Shown one piece after another: positions 37,617 to 50,813 of a stretch of DNA of 64,000 nucleotides (its first letter is position 1; each line of letters opens with the position of its first letter). Source of the DNA: Selaginella moellendorffii (lineage: Eukaryota; Plantae; Lycopodiophyta); assembly GCF_000143415.4 (NCBI RefSeq), contig NW_003314276.1:1910107-1974106 (forward strand). Direction: 5' to 3'. The notes below the pieces were generated by a model, which made no database searches, was not told the DNA's origin, and worked only from the letters and a program-made list of their open reading frames with translations. The position numbers and the translations under genes were made by a program.

Positions 37617-39879
37617 TATAAGGTTTGTAAATATGTGTATGTATATATATGTATTACCCTAGCTATATAATACACTAATTATAGTATTATAAGATATGAA
37701 TTATTCATTTGGGACTAAATCTGATCCATCCATTTTTGTATATAAGCATGGGCCTAAACCCTAATTAATATACCTATTCTTATATCCTGAGCACTCACAT
37801 TAGTGAAGATGAAAAACATTGCAATTTATCCCTGAAGGGCAAAGCTTTTTGATAGTGTTTTGCTCTAGTGTTTGGGATCGTGCTTTTTTATTCTTATTTT
37901 TTCATTCTATTATAGATCTAGATCTGTGATTGCAAGATTTAGAATTTTAGTTATCATTGTGCTTAGATTTACTCTTTCCTCTGATCATCATTGCATTCTC
38001 TTCCTCTACCATGCCATACCGTCATCGATCAAGAAATATGTCACTTGAGGTTGCTAATACTGCTCCGTTGGATTTAACTTTTGGTGCTGTGGGGTGTGAT
38101 TATATTGGTATTGTGCCCATCCTTGATGTGTTGTTTATTAGTCTCCAACTTTTGTGAGATGTAATTATACAGTTTGTCCTGTTCTTAATGTTCTACCATC
38201 TCCTATTGATGTGGAGTGTGATTGTGATATTGATTGGTGAGCTATGGATGATGCAGTTTAATTCTTGGAGAATGTTTAAAGATCAAGTTTGTGGAAAGAC
38301 AATGTGTACAAACTTGGGTGGATTCCAAAGTGTGATAATGAGCTTGATTATTATGGAGATAGTTTTGGAGATGAAGTGGAGGTTTCACAAAGTAAGTATC
38401 AATATTTCAATCTGTTATCCAATCCTTTCTCTTTCCCTTCTACTCTTTCCTAACTTTTTTTTTTTTTTTTTTTTGGCCTAAGCCACCTTCTCAAGTTCCT
38501 AGTATTTCTTCTTCATCTGTGGTGTTTTCTTTTTTTGGCACATCAATCATTTATAACTCTCATGATTCTAATTCTCAATCTAGTGTTGAGTTGAGTGTTT
38601 TCTATCCTCTTCATACTAATTTGGATATTGAGTGTATCCATGAAGTTAGGAATCTTGCTTTTGTTTCGTTAGTAGAGTCTTTGATTAATTCTGGTATTGA
38701 ATATTTCCTTATTCCAATGGTTGAATCACTTTGGCCAAAGTTTTGGGTTGAATGCATGTCCCCACTTGTAAGTGCTATTAAGAGCCTTTGTTTTACTATT
38801 GCTCATGAGAAGTTTATATATTCTCTTGAGAGTGTGAATGTTGTTATTGATTTTCCCATATCAAATGTTGAATTGTGTATTGAGAAGGTTGAGTGATGTG
38901 AATTTTTTGCTTATATTGTGGCTGAAATATTTTACGAAAGGAAATCCCCTATTGACCAAACTTTAAGCATATATTCTTCTGATTTCCCATTTTTGCATTG
39001 TCAGTTGTTGCAAATTCCTTTTCCAATGCTTCTTTATCTACTTTTTCTCCTTCCACAATTGTTTTTCTTGAATTTTTCTTGTTTTCTCCTTTTTGCCTTA
39101 ACACTTCAAACTTTTTTTTCTTTAAAGGAGGGAGTAGGGGGATGGATGGGAGTTCGGCCCTGATGATGGAGTGAGGACAAACGAATACGATAGTGGAGTG
39201 AGGACGAATGATATAAATTATGGAGTGAAGACGAGCATAGCAAGTCTGAATGAAACATCCAGCCCTGACATAATGAGGCCAAATAGATGCGATAATAGAG
39301 TGAAGCTGGACATAAATGGAAGAGTGAGGATGAGTGCAGTAAATCTAAAAGGAGTTAGTGTTTCAAAACTTTTTTTTCTTTAGGGAGGGGATAAGGAGAA
39401 TGTGAAAGACGAACTAAGTGAGTCTGACCTCCCCAGTGCAAAGTTATGGTTGCGTGGTTGATTTGAGCATTTGAAAGTTGCATACAGAGTTGCAACTAGT
39501 TCATCAAGGTTCTATAATAGGTTAATGATTATGCCATGGCTTTAGATTTTATTTCAGTCATGGTTATCAACAACTTTATTGGTGGTTTTGTGGGAGTTTT
39601 AGATTCTTGTGGTAATTTATAATTGCCCAATAGAAGCTCCAGATGTTCCACCTGACTTATTATTATCACCTTTTCATCTTCCAAAAGGGAGGATGGTGTA
39701 AAGTTTGTAAATACATATATGTATATATATGTATTACCCTAGCTAGGTAATACATTAATTATAGTAGTATAATATATTGACTATCCATTTGGGACTAAAT
39801 CTGATCCATCCATTCTTGTATATAAGTAGGGGCCTAAACTTTAATTAATATACCTATTCCTTTATCCTGAGCACTCACA
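37617..39879 (+). mobile_element. Non-autonomous LTR element (183-bp LTRs at 37617-37799 and 39697-39879; no intact ORF)
   Basis: Direct repeats ending GCACTCACA; PPT AAAAGGGAGGATGG before the 3' LTR; 4-bp TSD GTAT/ATAT; empty site visible in the paralogue at ~24030-24065. Confidence 0.88.
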
Positions 39880-41086
39880 ATATATATTTTATATATTATA
39901 TGGCTTTTGGGATGGATCCAAATCTTAAAATTTGGATTCACTGCAATATCTTAATATGGGGGGTTTATGACATTGGAAAAAAACTAGATATTGGTATTGT
40001 ATTTGAATTTGATATATGTTTATAAATAAACATTTACTTATAAATTACTCATAAAATAATAAAGGACATTTTTTAAAGTTACACTCAAATGTAATAAATG
40101 TATATTCAGTAATACTAAATATAGTGAATTTATTAGGTCAGAAGGTAAAACCTCTATTAAATAGGAAATATTGCCACTCAAATATTATTTAAATTTTAAT
40201 TTTTTAAAAACACCTGTTTAATAAAAATATTGCCATGAAAACATTAAGAAATTATTCTTTCGTGTACCAGAATATTTGGAAATATTTTTAATGACTTCTT
40301 TTGCTCTCTCTATTATCAGATCTGTATAGGACTACATTAAGTTGTACATTCTTGAGGTCAGTAGGAAGGCATTGATTTGCTTGTTACAACTTACAAGTTC
40401 CAAAGGCATTAGTTTGGTTTTGGTACAAGATCCAGGCAGGACAACATGCTTGGAATACAAGGAATGGAGAGAGGCCACCTTGAAACAAAATCCATCACCT
40501 AGTAAGCTTTTAATAATTGGTTTCTTTGGATTGATCAAGCATGCCCAATATCTCTATTTGTTTGTTCAGAAAAGCAAATGCACTTAAATTTTGAAAGAAT
40601 GTGAAGGTGACGTTTCCAATTTTGAACTTTTGTAAGAAAAACAAGTTACTCATTTTAAAAGACTTTTAGCTACACAAATATGTAGCTAAATATGTTTACT
40701 AGCAAACCAAAATACTAATTAATATTAGTGTTTAGACAATTTGATTGGTACAGAAGACCATACCAGTTGATTTATATTGTGTTGGTTTTACCAATTGCTT
40801 TACTCATCCTCTTGCATAACACTGCAAAGCAAAACACTATCCCTTTTCCTCCTCCTCTTGTGATTACTATTACTATAATATGTATTATTATTATAAGCAT
40901 TAGTAACATTCTTCATGGTTGCCTGCAGATGCAGCTTCTTGGCTATAGAAACTTGCTGGAGATGGTGGGCTTTCCAAAGCTCATCTCTCAAAAGGCTCTT
41001 GAAATGCAACAAAAGCTGCCAGAATCTCCAAGGATGAGTATTAGAATGGTGAAGAGAAAAGTTTAGCATTTTTGTTTCTTTGCTAA

Positions 41087-41143
41087 GGGGAGATAACTCA
41101 AATGGTAGAGTGCTCGCTTAGGGATCAATAACCAGCATCTCCA
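41087..41143 (+). pseudogene. tRNA-Ala remnant with internal deletion
   Basis: GGGGAGATAACTCAAATGGTAGAGTGCTCGCTTAG..GGATCAATAACCAGCATCTCCA; 3' anticodon arm and variable loop missing. Confidence 0.8.
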
Positions 41144-41595
41144 AATATGTTTGATTATTGGATCGTTCCAGGCGTTTTGACCGATTTTACTGGTGTTGAC
41201 TGGGGGAGCTATGGATGGATGTTGCACCATGAGACTGTCAACAGAGCAATGCATAGATATTTATCTTGTGTTTCGTTTTCCCACTTTTTTGCCTGCAGAT
41301 GCAGCTTCTTGGCTATAGAAACTTGCTGGAGATGGTGGGCTTTCCAAAGCTCATCTCTCAAAAGGCTCTTGAAATGCAACAAAAGCTGCCAGAATCTCCA
41401 AGGATGAGTATTAGAATGGTGAAGAGAAAAGTTTAGATGTTTTGTTTCTTTGCTAGTTCAAGTCCGACAATCCACAGCGTCACAAGCTCTTGTTTTTTTC
41501 ACAAAGCAAGTACCTCTTTATTTTCTATTTTCTAAGTCAAGGGTTAGGTTATACGCTTGGATTTTTCTATTGTCGAAGCTCTTGTCAGGTAAGCT

Positions 41596-42357
41596 ATGGT
41601 CTCTCGCGCTCACGCCGCCCCAACGCTTGCCCGCCGAGCTCCAGCGCCCTGGCATGGCGGCCATCACCGAGCTTCACACCCGCGAGCTCCAGCTCCAGCT
41701 CCAGCACATCCACCACACCACCATGGACACCATCCTCGAGGAGCCCACGAGCCAGTGCCAGCTTTAGCTCCAGTTCTTCAAGGTGACGCTCCAGTTCGAG
41801 CCCCAGCGCCAGCTGCTTTCGTTCACCCTGCTCGCGGCCACCCTGCTCATCTAGCTCCAGCGCCTGATGCTCGCCACCACGATCCAGCTCCAGCAGCAGC
41901 AGTGTACCATCATCATCACGGTGATGGAGCTCCTCTGGTTGTTCACCACCATCACCATGGTCACCACCATGGTCACCACCATGGAGGACGCCACCACCAC
42001 CACCACCACCACCACCATCGTCGCGAGGGTCACGACGCAGCAGTGGCCACACCAACACCCGCAGCAGTAGTTACAGTGGTTCGGAGGACGCCGTGGTCGC
42101 TGCTCCAGCTTCTTCTGTGGGTTTTGGTTGCGATCTTGGTGCTGCTCGCATGCTTTTTGCTAGTGCGATGGATGTTCTCTCGGAGGAAGCAGCGCAGTAA
42201 TGCGATCTTTCAGGATCCCGGGTGGCAGATCGAAGTTGTGGTGGACGATTCTCTGACTGAGAAGAAACAGCTGGAAGCTCACACTCGTGGTTCGCACAGC
42301 AATGGCACTCTGGGATTCTCCTCAAAGTGTCCTGCCAACACTGGCAGTGACGCATAA
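41596..42357 (+). CDS. Orphan His-rich, Ala-Pro-repeat membrane protein, copy 2
   Basis: 253 aa, identical to 22086-22853 except for one fewer AP unit. Confidence 0.7.
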   Translation: MVSRAHAAPTLARRAPAPWHGGHHRASHPRAPAPAPAHPPHHHGHHPRGAHEPVPALAPVLQGDAPVRAPAPAAFVHPARGHPAHLAPAPDARHHDPAPAAAVYHHHHGDGAPLVVHHHHHGHHHGHHHGGRHHHHHHHHHRREGHDAAVATPTPAAVVTVVRRTPWSLLQLLLWVLVAILVLLACFLLVRWMFSRRKQRSNAIFQDPGWQIEVVVDDSLTEKKQLEAHTRGSHSNGTLGFSSKCPANTGSDA

Positions 42358-44542
42358 GTCAGCACAGTGCATGCCTTGTCACATGGAAGATTGTGGACAA
42401 ACAATCTTCAAGGAGATGAAGTTGCAGAGCAAGAAGACAGCAGGGTCTTGCTCACGGACGGTGAAGATCACATACAAGGGTCCACTGGTGGAAGTCACCA
42501 GACTTGGAAGTTATTGCGCAGCTGGCTCGGACCATGGACTGGAAAGTAGAGCAGGAACCTACCAAGTTTCGATTTGACTGAGCTATCCTCTAGAGGTGAC
42601 GGGGGAGCAGACGTTAGTGCACCTCCAAAGGCCAGAGAAGTTGCTTGAGACGAAAGGTTTGAGAAAAGGTAACGTACTACTTTTGCTCTCTGTTCTTGCA
42701 GGTGCTCAAATCTCAACTTCGATGAGAAGAAGCAGAGCAGGGCATAGCGGCCAGATAGGTTTCTCCAGAGTCAAGAGCATCATAAGCCGGGAATCAAGCA
42801 AGTGCAAAATTGTGGAAGTATGGTCGAAGTCTACACTGCGGCTTGCAACACAGGTTGTTTGATAGGATGGGACGAAGAACAGGATAGGGTGGTCTACCTC
42901 GCAAATTAACCCAATGCATTCGTCGCAAGCAGCCTCGTGGACATGTGGAAGCATCAGAAGTGTTCAGGAGGACAAAGAAACACGACGTTGGTTGCCTGGA
43001 ACACGATCATCATGGGACATGCACGTCTTCTATCAGATGCAACGAGAAGCTGGCCTGCCTCCAAACGCTGAGACTTTGCATGGAGCAGCAAAACGTCATT
43101 TCCTGGGATTTGCCAAGAACAACCTTTGCTCTTGAGTGCTATGAGCAAGCCGCAGCCAAACGCTCAGACTTTCATGGTGGCGCTCAAGGCACGTGGCGAC
43201 TTAGCAGAGAAGAGGCTCCACTCGCAGATCTGGGAGAGAAATCTGGAGGGAATCCACTACTCACCGTGGTCGCTCAATGAGGGAAAAGCTTTTCTTGGGA
43301 GGTCGGTAAACTTTGCAAGGAAAGAGTGTCATGCAAGGTTGATGGAGCCGTCAATTAAAGATGGTACCTGAAAAGACGCGAAAGGATCTTAGCTGGCACA
43401 CCTTGGTGAAGAGATAAAAAATATGAGAGACAATACTTATCTCTTAATTAATTTGCTGTAGTATCATTCATTGAGTAATTTAGTTATAAACTTATTTGAC
43501 CCAGCATATGCTGTGTAATTAGCAAAATATTATTTTAATTTTTTAATATATTAAAAATTAAATTAAAATAGTATTAAAACAACAAATATTATATTCCACT
43601 TTAATTGAGAGAATTATGCCTAGAAAATGCTAGATGAATAAAAAATAAATTCTTGTAAACTTGATAATGTAACTATTTAGAACAAAATATATTCATTCAT
43701 AAAAATATTATATACAAATTATTATTTAGAAATATGAATATATTTAGAAAAAAAATTGACAAATAAAAAATTAAAAACAAATAAAAGAGAATAATTACTG
43801 CAAAACATTACTTAGTTATAAGTTTTACTCAAAATATAAAACAATAAGTTTTTAGGAACATTAATATATTACTACCCAGATCCAATCAAAAAAATAATTA
43901 TTTGTAAATATATATAATAAATTTAAATCTTATATTCCATAGTATTATATACTATAAATTAGTAAAAATATTTTAAAATATTATTGTTTAATCAAATACT
44001 ACATACATTATTGTAGTTTTTTCTGACAATTATAAATAACTAAGGCTACATATAAAAATATAATATGTAATTTTATTGTTAAAGCCCCCCACAGTTGTGA
44101 TTTAGCCAAAAAATGATGTCTGTTTGAGAGAAACCCTAATCATCTAGTAATAAACCTTACTTTTTAACTTCTAATATGGTTTCAACATTTTGATCTTTTG
44201 CACTTTGTGGTTTAAAAGTAAAGTGACTACTTTTGAGTGAGGATAGGCAGATGCCTGTGCAAAATGCCTGTGAAAAATTAAGTTAGATTTGTGCGGTTCA
44301 TGAGATTTGGGGAGTTCTCATCATGACTTATTTTTCACTCTTTGTTCTCAAGTAACAAACTTTGAACTACAGTCTATATTGCGGTGGGGGGGAGGTAGGG
44401 TTTCACTGTGAGTTAGTTCAACTTGGAATTTTTCTCATACCTCTTACTGCCATTTTCATCAGGATATACAGCAAAAAATAGTTCAGGAGATACAAAGTAT
44501 CTCCTTATTAACTGGAACTGGTTTCATTGGAATTCTTTGCAG

Positions 44543-44930
44543 GTTAAGACGCTTTTTCGACAGATTGTGTCTAAAAGGCCCACGCCTCACGCTGTTCTTG
44601 AGTCACTAAAAGACATCAACGTTTGATGCGGGAGACATCTAATGGGAAAATGTTCTCAATCTTCAGCTGCATGCTCAAGTTCCTCCAGGAGCTCACCGCC
44701 ATCTGGACTTCGAGAGCGCCTGGCTGGTAGTGACGGACATAGTGAACGCATCCAAAGTGTATTCCAGCTTCTTATCTTCAGTGGGAGCATCAGCAGGTGA
44801 TGACGATGAGAGGCAGATGATCGTCGTGGATGGCTGGCTGGAGTTTGAGGCTGCAGCTCGAATCGCTGTGCACATCAAGGAGAGTGGATGCGCTGCTGCT
44901 AAAAAAGACCGATGGCTTCTAGCGTGGTAA
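44543..44930 (+). pseudogene. Isolated 3' exon of an unidentified gene, with stops
   Basis: Acceptor TTGCAG then LRRFFDRLCLKGPRLTLFLSH*...ENVLNLQLH...DGWLEFEAAARIAVHIKE...RWLLAW*; convergent with the RCL1 fragment. Confidence 0.4.
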
Positions 44931-44979
44931 GAAAAAGTTCTATGTAACTGATTCAGTTTCCTTTTGTGGCCCTAGTGAC

Positions 44980-46120
44980 TCATGAAACTTTCCTGTAGAG
45001 ATTTTGGAAGCCACTTCCAATGCACGTAAGTAGAACCATGCCTGTCGCCGGGTCAGGCTTGATACTAAACTGCACTCCCAGGAATTCTTTGATGTGTTGC
45101 AGCGTCTTGATACCGTAAGAAGAGAGCTTACCAACCCTGACTTTGGAAACATCTTCTGGGCACAGAGCACAGAGGATGAACAGCAAACCCTGTATGGCAA
45201 ATAGGAAAGTTTGTGAGATCACCTTCTTTCCTTTCCAGCTTCACAGATAGATACCTGGTGAGTTGAATCTACAACTCCTCCCAGCTTTATCTCCTGTAGC
45301 AAGGACATGGCTGCTTGCGTCCCCAGGTCCTCTGGAAGCTGGAGCTCGGATGCTCCTGAATGCGTAGCCGCACACTCGGAGCTTAAAATGCAGCCGGTGG
45401 TCGTTTCTGCCACCAATGAGATCCCATAGCCCAGAGATCTGTGCCATGACAAAGGAATCAAGATGAAAAAAGTTTACTTTGCAGCACAAAATCATGGAAC
45501 TTACTTCCCAGACTCTAAACCAGTGTAGTGATCAGTAAAGATGTACACGTTGGGGAGCAAGCGATTTAGCACACCACATTCGATTGGCCATATGAGGTGA
45601 GACACGTGTGGAGTAACTTACTCCTCAGATACGTTTCACCATGCCCTTGTCCACCCATGTAGCAGCCTGGTGAAGGATTCTTAGCGAGGAGAGAAAGAAA
45701 AGAAGAGGAGTTTGGAGAAACTGACCGTGAGGCTCTTGGGGACAATGGGAACTTTGAGGACGACTTCACTACCACCCAAGGGAGGAGCTCCGCGGGCAAC
45801 AACCTTGAGTTCTAGGCCTTCAATTGGAACACCAAAGTGCTTAAGCATTTTGGCAGTGTTGCTGTGCAAAAGGTGTCGACGCAGGGATCCCTGCTGTCAT
45901 TTGTAATGCCTGTCACAGGCCACAAAGAATCCTAGTTAACAACCGAGAGACTTGGAAATCAAAACACGAAGAAGAAAGAAACAAGGAAGGAAAAGGAAAA
46001 AAACGATATGGATATGGAGGAAAACATACCTCTCAGTGTGATCGAAAGCGGCTTCTTTCCAAACAATCCCAAGATGATGAGAGGCTCAAGAAAATATCCA
46101 ATTCCGCGACTTACTGCACT
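44980..46120 (-). pseudogene. RCL1: RCL1 (RNA 3'-phosphate cyclase-like) pseudogene, 5'-truncated, introns retained
   Basis: IGYFLEPLIILGLFGKKPLSITLRGITND..RGAPPLGG..GYGISLVAETTTG..PEDLG..GGVVDSTHQ..CALCPEDVSKVRVG..CIGSGFQN; stop in KRI*G and frameshifting deletions. Confidence 0.9.
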
Positions 46121-46442
46121 TCCAGGCCACCACATCTTTCTTCTTCATCCCTTGGAACACACCAATTGCGCCTCGCAAGCTGCCACATGAGGCATACATG
46201 TCAATCAGCACAGTAGACACGATCAAGCTCGAATCCCAGCCAGCAGCAATGATTTGGGAGTGGATTTGCTTACCTACCGGAAGAAATCTTGATCCACAGC
46301 ACGCTCCAAGGGCTGCGACAGACTTGATCCTGCCCGGAGTGACACCATGGAGCAGCAATCTCCAGTCAACACTTTGCATGTGCCATGTGTCGCTAGGCCT
46401 TCTTCTCCCGCCCCATGCAGCTTGGCTGCCTCCCGGGAGCAA
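46120..46442 (-). pseudogene. PPR fragment fused upstream of the RCL1 fragment
   Basis: GVTPGRIKSVAALGAC..GKQIHSQIIAAGWDSSLIVSTVLIDMYASCGSL..KDVVAW. Confidence 0.85.
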
Positions 46443-49400
46443 ACATCAGCACGATTATTCGCTCACACGTGGTTAAAAAAATAACCCCTTTACAGTTACC
46501 CCCCATCGGACGGTTGCGATTAGCTGGATCCAGCGGCCCAGAAAGTTCGGCAACTCCTCCTTATTGTGATAGATTAATATTATAGTAGAATAAACAAAAA
46601 TATGCTAGAAAGTAAGTTTATAAATTATAATCAAAAAGATTAATCTAAATGAACAACAACTATTAGATATTAAAATATCCTAGAATCTACAAGCATAGTT
46701 TAAGTATATTCAATACCACCATAGGTTTGCTGAAACAAACCACTTATGGATCTATAGTGTTTGGTCACTTTAAACCTATAGAAGCTTATTCACAAACCTA
46801 TTTACATTATTATATAGAACTTTTTTCCCAAAACTTCTTTGATTAAACCCATATTAAAACTTGGGACTTAAGTTTCTCCTAGATTTTGTTGTTGATTAGA
46901 TATTATGTTTTTCTTTCAACCATGCTCTATACAAATATACAAATTTTATAATTATAATTCAAGTTCTTTAAATCTTTTTTAATTTCATATTAGTTGACAA
47001 GAAACAACAAACATATGAACATTACAAATACTTGGTTAAAGGAAGCAAAAACAACATACTCAAAGGCATTATAGTTGAAAGTAAAAAATAACCATCAAGC
47101 AGGAATACCATCATTATGAGTATATAATTCTCAGGTATGGAAGTAATATTATAAATGGGAAGCTTTACAACATTACAATCAACCAATTCCCGAGTTGCAA
47201 CTACATATAATTCTTTAAATGTTAAAATTCTGAAATCTTTCATCCTTTGCATAGGATGGATCCAAATGTTAAAGTTTGGAGTCATCATAATGTCTGAACA
47301 TGAGGTGAGAAAAATAGATATTGGTATTGTATTTGAAACTAAAATAAATTTTATCTATAAATAGGGCATTTCTTATAATTACACTCAAAGAGAGAGTTAA
47401 TTCTTCAATAGAAGAAAAACGTGCAACCATCATGAAACTTAAATGTATCAACGACCTTGTCTAGATCAGCTGAAACAAGGCACAAAGAAACTTGCCAAGC
47501 ATCAGCAAGACAAAAGCACACAATTTACTTCGGACAACTCTCTATCACGAAATCAAAAAAGATTTAAAGAACTTGAATCATAGTTACAAAGTTGTACATT
47601 TGTACAGGACAGAATGTAACATCTAATCTACTTGGAGAAGCTTGAGTCCCAAGTTTTCAAGTTAAGTTTAAGTGACCAAACACCATAGATATATAATTTC
47701 CTATATAAATAACCATTTGTGAAATATGATCTAAAGCATGATTGTCTCTGATATTTTTATCTTTTGACCATGGTGTGCCCCCTAAGATCCTTTCGCCTGT
47801 TTTCATCTTTGTTTGGGTTTTGTTGGTGGCTCCGTCAATCTTGCATTACACTCTTTCTCCATTTTCCTCACAAAGTTTACCAACAAGCTCCCGAGATGAG
47901 CAACACCTCCTAATGCCCTCTCCACAATAAGATTGTATGTCCATTCCCGTCCCTGAAATAACATGTCATTGATGAAAAAGTTAAAGAACAAGATACTTAC
48001 CATGTGTAAGGAGATAAGCTCCAGAGCCTTCACAGCTTTTTATGAAACTGACAAGCTTTAGTTTCGCCTTCACAAGGAGGTATTTGGCTTACGTGATGGT
48101 TAAGCCAAGATGGTCGAGCTAGTTAGAAGTCCCTAACTTCAAGCTGTTTTAGCTATAAGATGAAACAAAAAAGCTATGAACTAAAAACTATAGTCCCTAT
48201 GAACATCATGCTTCATAAGGCACTCTCCAGGTACTTCAAATGAGTAGTGCAAGAGGAAGTGCCGGAGTAATACTGAACTTGGGGCAGAAAACTTCTTGAG
48301 AGGCAGCCACGTCTCCACACTTCCTATAGAATGTGATGAGTGAGCATGGATTCCGTCCATATTTCTCTTCCAGATCTGCGAGTGGAGCCTCTTTGCCTAA
48401 GTCGCCCCGTGCCTTGAGCGCCACCATGAAAGTCTGAGCGTTGGGCTGCCGGCTTGCTCATAGCGCTCGAGAGCAAAGGTTGTTCTCTGTGTATCCCAGG
48501 AAACGATGTTTTGCTGCTCCATGCAAAGTCTCAGCGTTTGGAGGTAGGCCAGCTTCTCGTTGCATTCGATAGAAGAAGTGCATGACCCGTGATGATCGTG
48601 TTCCAGGCATGTTTCTTCGTCCTCCTGAACACTTCTGACGCTTCCACATGTCCACGAGGCTGCTTGCGACAAATGCATCGGCTTCGTATTCACAATTTGT
48701 GAGGCGAGAGTGTTGCTTTCCAGGATAGGTAGACCAACCTATCCTGTTCTTCGTCCCATCCTGTCGAACAACCTGTGTTGCAAGCCGCAGTGTAGACTTC
48801 GACCATACTTTCACAATTGCACTTGCTTGATTCCCGGCTTATGATGCTCTTGACTCTAGAGAAACTTATCTGGCCACTATGCCCTGTACTGCTTCTTCTC
48901 TCGAAGTTGAGATTTGAGCGCCTGCAAGAATAGAGAGCAAAAGTAGTACATTACATTTTCTCAAACCTTTCGTCTCGAGCAACCTCTCTGGCCTTTGGAG
49001 GTGCACCAGCGTCTGCTCCCTTGTCACCTCTAGAGGATAGCTCGTAAATCCTTCATCAAATCGAAACTTGGCAGGTTCTTGCTCTAAATCCATGTTCCGA
49101 GCCAGTTGTGTCATAACTTCCAAGTCTGGCGACTTCCACCAGTCAACCCTTGTATGTGATCTCTGGGTGAGATCACAGTCAGTGAGCAAGAGCCTACTGT
49201 CTTCTTGCTCTGCAACTTCATCTCCTTGAAGGTTGATTCTACACAATCTTCCCTGTGACAACACATGCACTGTGCTGACTTACGTGTCACTGCCAGTGTT
49301 GGCAGGACACTTTGCAGAAAATTCCAGTGTACCATTTCTGTGGGAACCACGAGTGTGAGCATCCAGCTGTTTCTTCTCCGTCGGAGAATCGTCCACCACA

Positions 49401-50164
49401 ACTTCCAGATGATCCGTCACTTCGATCTGCCACCCGGGCTCCTGAAAGATCGCATTCCTGCGCTGCTTCCTTTGAGATCACATGCATCGCTCAATCACCA
49501 AATGCTCTCCACAGTATAGGTATGATATTTCAAAAAGAGAAATGGATATCTTGCCAATCCTAATGTCCTACTTGCAGTGACACGCCACTTTGCATACTTT
49601 GAATAACGAAACTCTTTTTTTTTCTCGTTTTTCAACTTAGCACTCATTGAATGGGATCATGGAGACACAAGCCATCAGCGTGCACAAACTACTTCCTCTA
49701 CAGAAAACTGGGGAAAAGAAACACGAGATAAATATCTATCCATTGCTGTTTTGATAGTCTCACGGTGCCCAACCGAAAGCATGAGACTGATAGATGCAAA
49801 AATGCAAGTTGGATTATCTTTGTCATGTAGATGGCATCCTTGTTGTCTTCACGCTCCTGCCTACCAGTCTTCTTTTTCTCGGCCGGTGGAGGTCTCTTAT
49901 TATGGCTGCCTCTATTGCAGACACAACATATCAAAGTAGTTTCCATAGTGTCAGAGGCAAAAGCAAAAGAATTAACCCATCTGAGTACTGGAGTAAAAGC
50001 CAGTTTGTCACAGACGGTAGAGCAGCAATCCAGTGACCCAACAGTGGAGGGAACTGGCACCATCCGGTTTTACTTCTTCATCGTGGATCCCTAGCTCCTC
50101 AAGTGGTCAACCATAGTCAACACCAGTAAAATCGGTCAAAACGCTTGGAATGATTGAAAATAGT

Positions 50165-50237
50165 TGGAGATGCCGGGTATCGATCCCGGTGCCTCTCGCA
50201 TGCTAAGCGAGCGCTCTACCATTTGAGCTACATCCCC
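50165..50237 (-). tRNA. tRNA-Ala(AGC), intact
   Basis: GGGGATGTAGCTCAAATGGTAGAGCGCTCGCTTAGCATGCGAGAGGCACCGGGATCGATACCCGGCATCTCCA, 73 nt, full cloverleaf, TTTT downstream. Confidence 0.95.
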
Positions 50238-50813
50238 TTAGAATAGAAACAAAAATGCAAAGCTTTTCTCACTCATCCTTGGAGATTCCAGCGTCTTTTG
50301 TCACATTTCAAGAGTTTTTTGATTGATTCTAGAGCTCTAACTATGGAGGAAAATACTCAAGGTCATGAGATCTCATCTTGGCAACGTCTTATTAAGTGCT
50401 CCAGGTTTAAGGCCGAGGGATTTTGTGGAGCATACCCCTGAGAATCAAAAGAGATGCATGTGGAATCCACAGGATGGGTTGCTTGATGCGTACAACAGGG
50501 CACTCCTTGCAAAGCTGGCAACCATGAAGAATGTTACTAATGCTTATAATAATAATACATATAGTAATAGTACAAACAAGAAAAGGAACAAGGCTAGTGA
50601 ATTATTTTGCTTTGCAGTGTTATTCAAGATGGGTAGAAGCAATTGGTAAAACCAAGACAATATAAATCAATTGGTATGATCTTTAGTACCAAATCAATAC
50701 TAATATTATTTGGTATTTTAATTTGCTATTAAACATATTTAAAAGTTTTTTAAAAATGAGTAACTTTACTTTTTCCTTTTTTACAAAATATCGAAATCAC
50801 ATTCTTTCGAAGT

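Larger units (their letters stand above)
40328..43261. repeat. Right arm of the large inverted duplication
   Basis: Reverse complement of 21188-23760 plus an extra ~370-bp segment (tRNA remnant and a second 166-bp repeat). Confidence 0.95.

Noticed and set aside
44085-44392. Possible MITE bounded by CCCCCCAC..GTGGGGGG
   Set aside because: Low-complexity TIR, no TSD, single copy in the window
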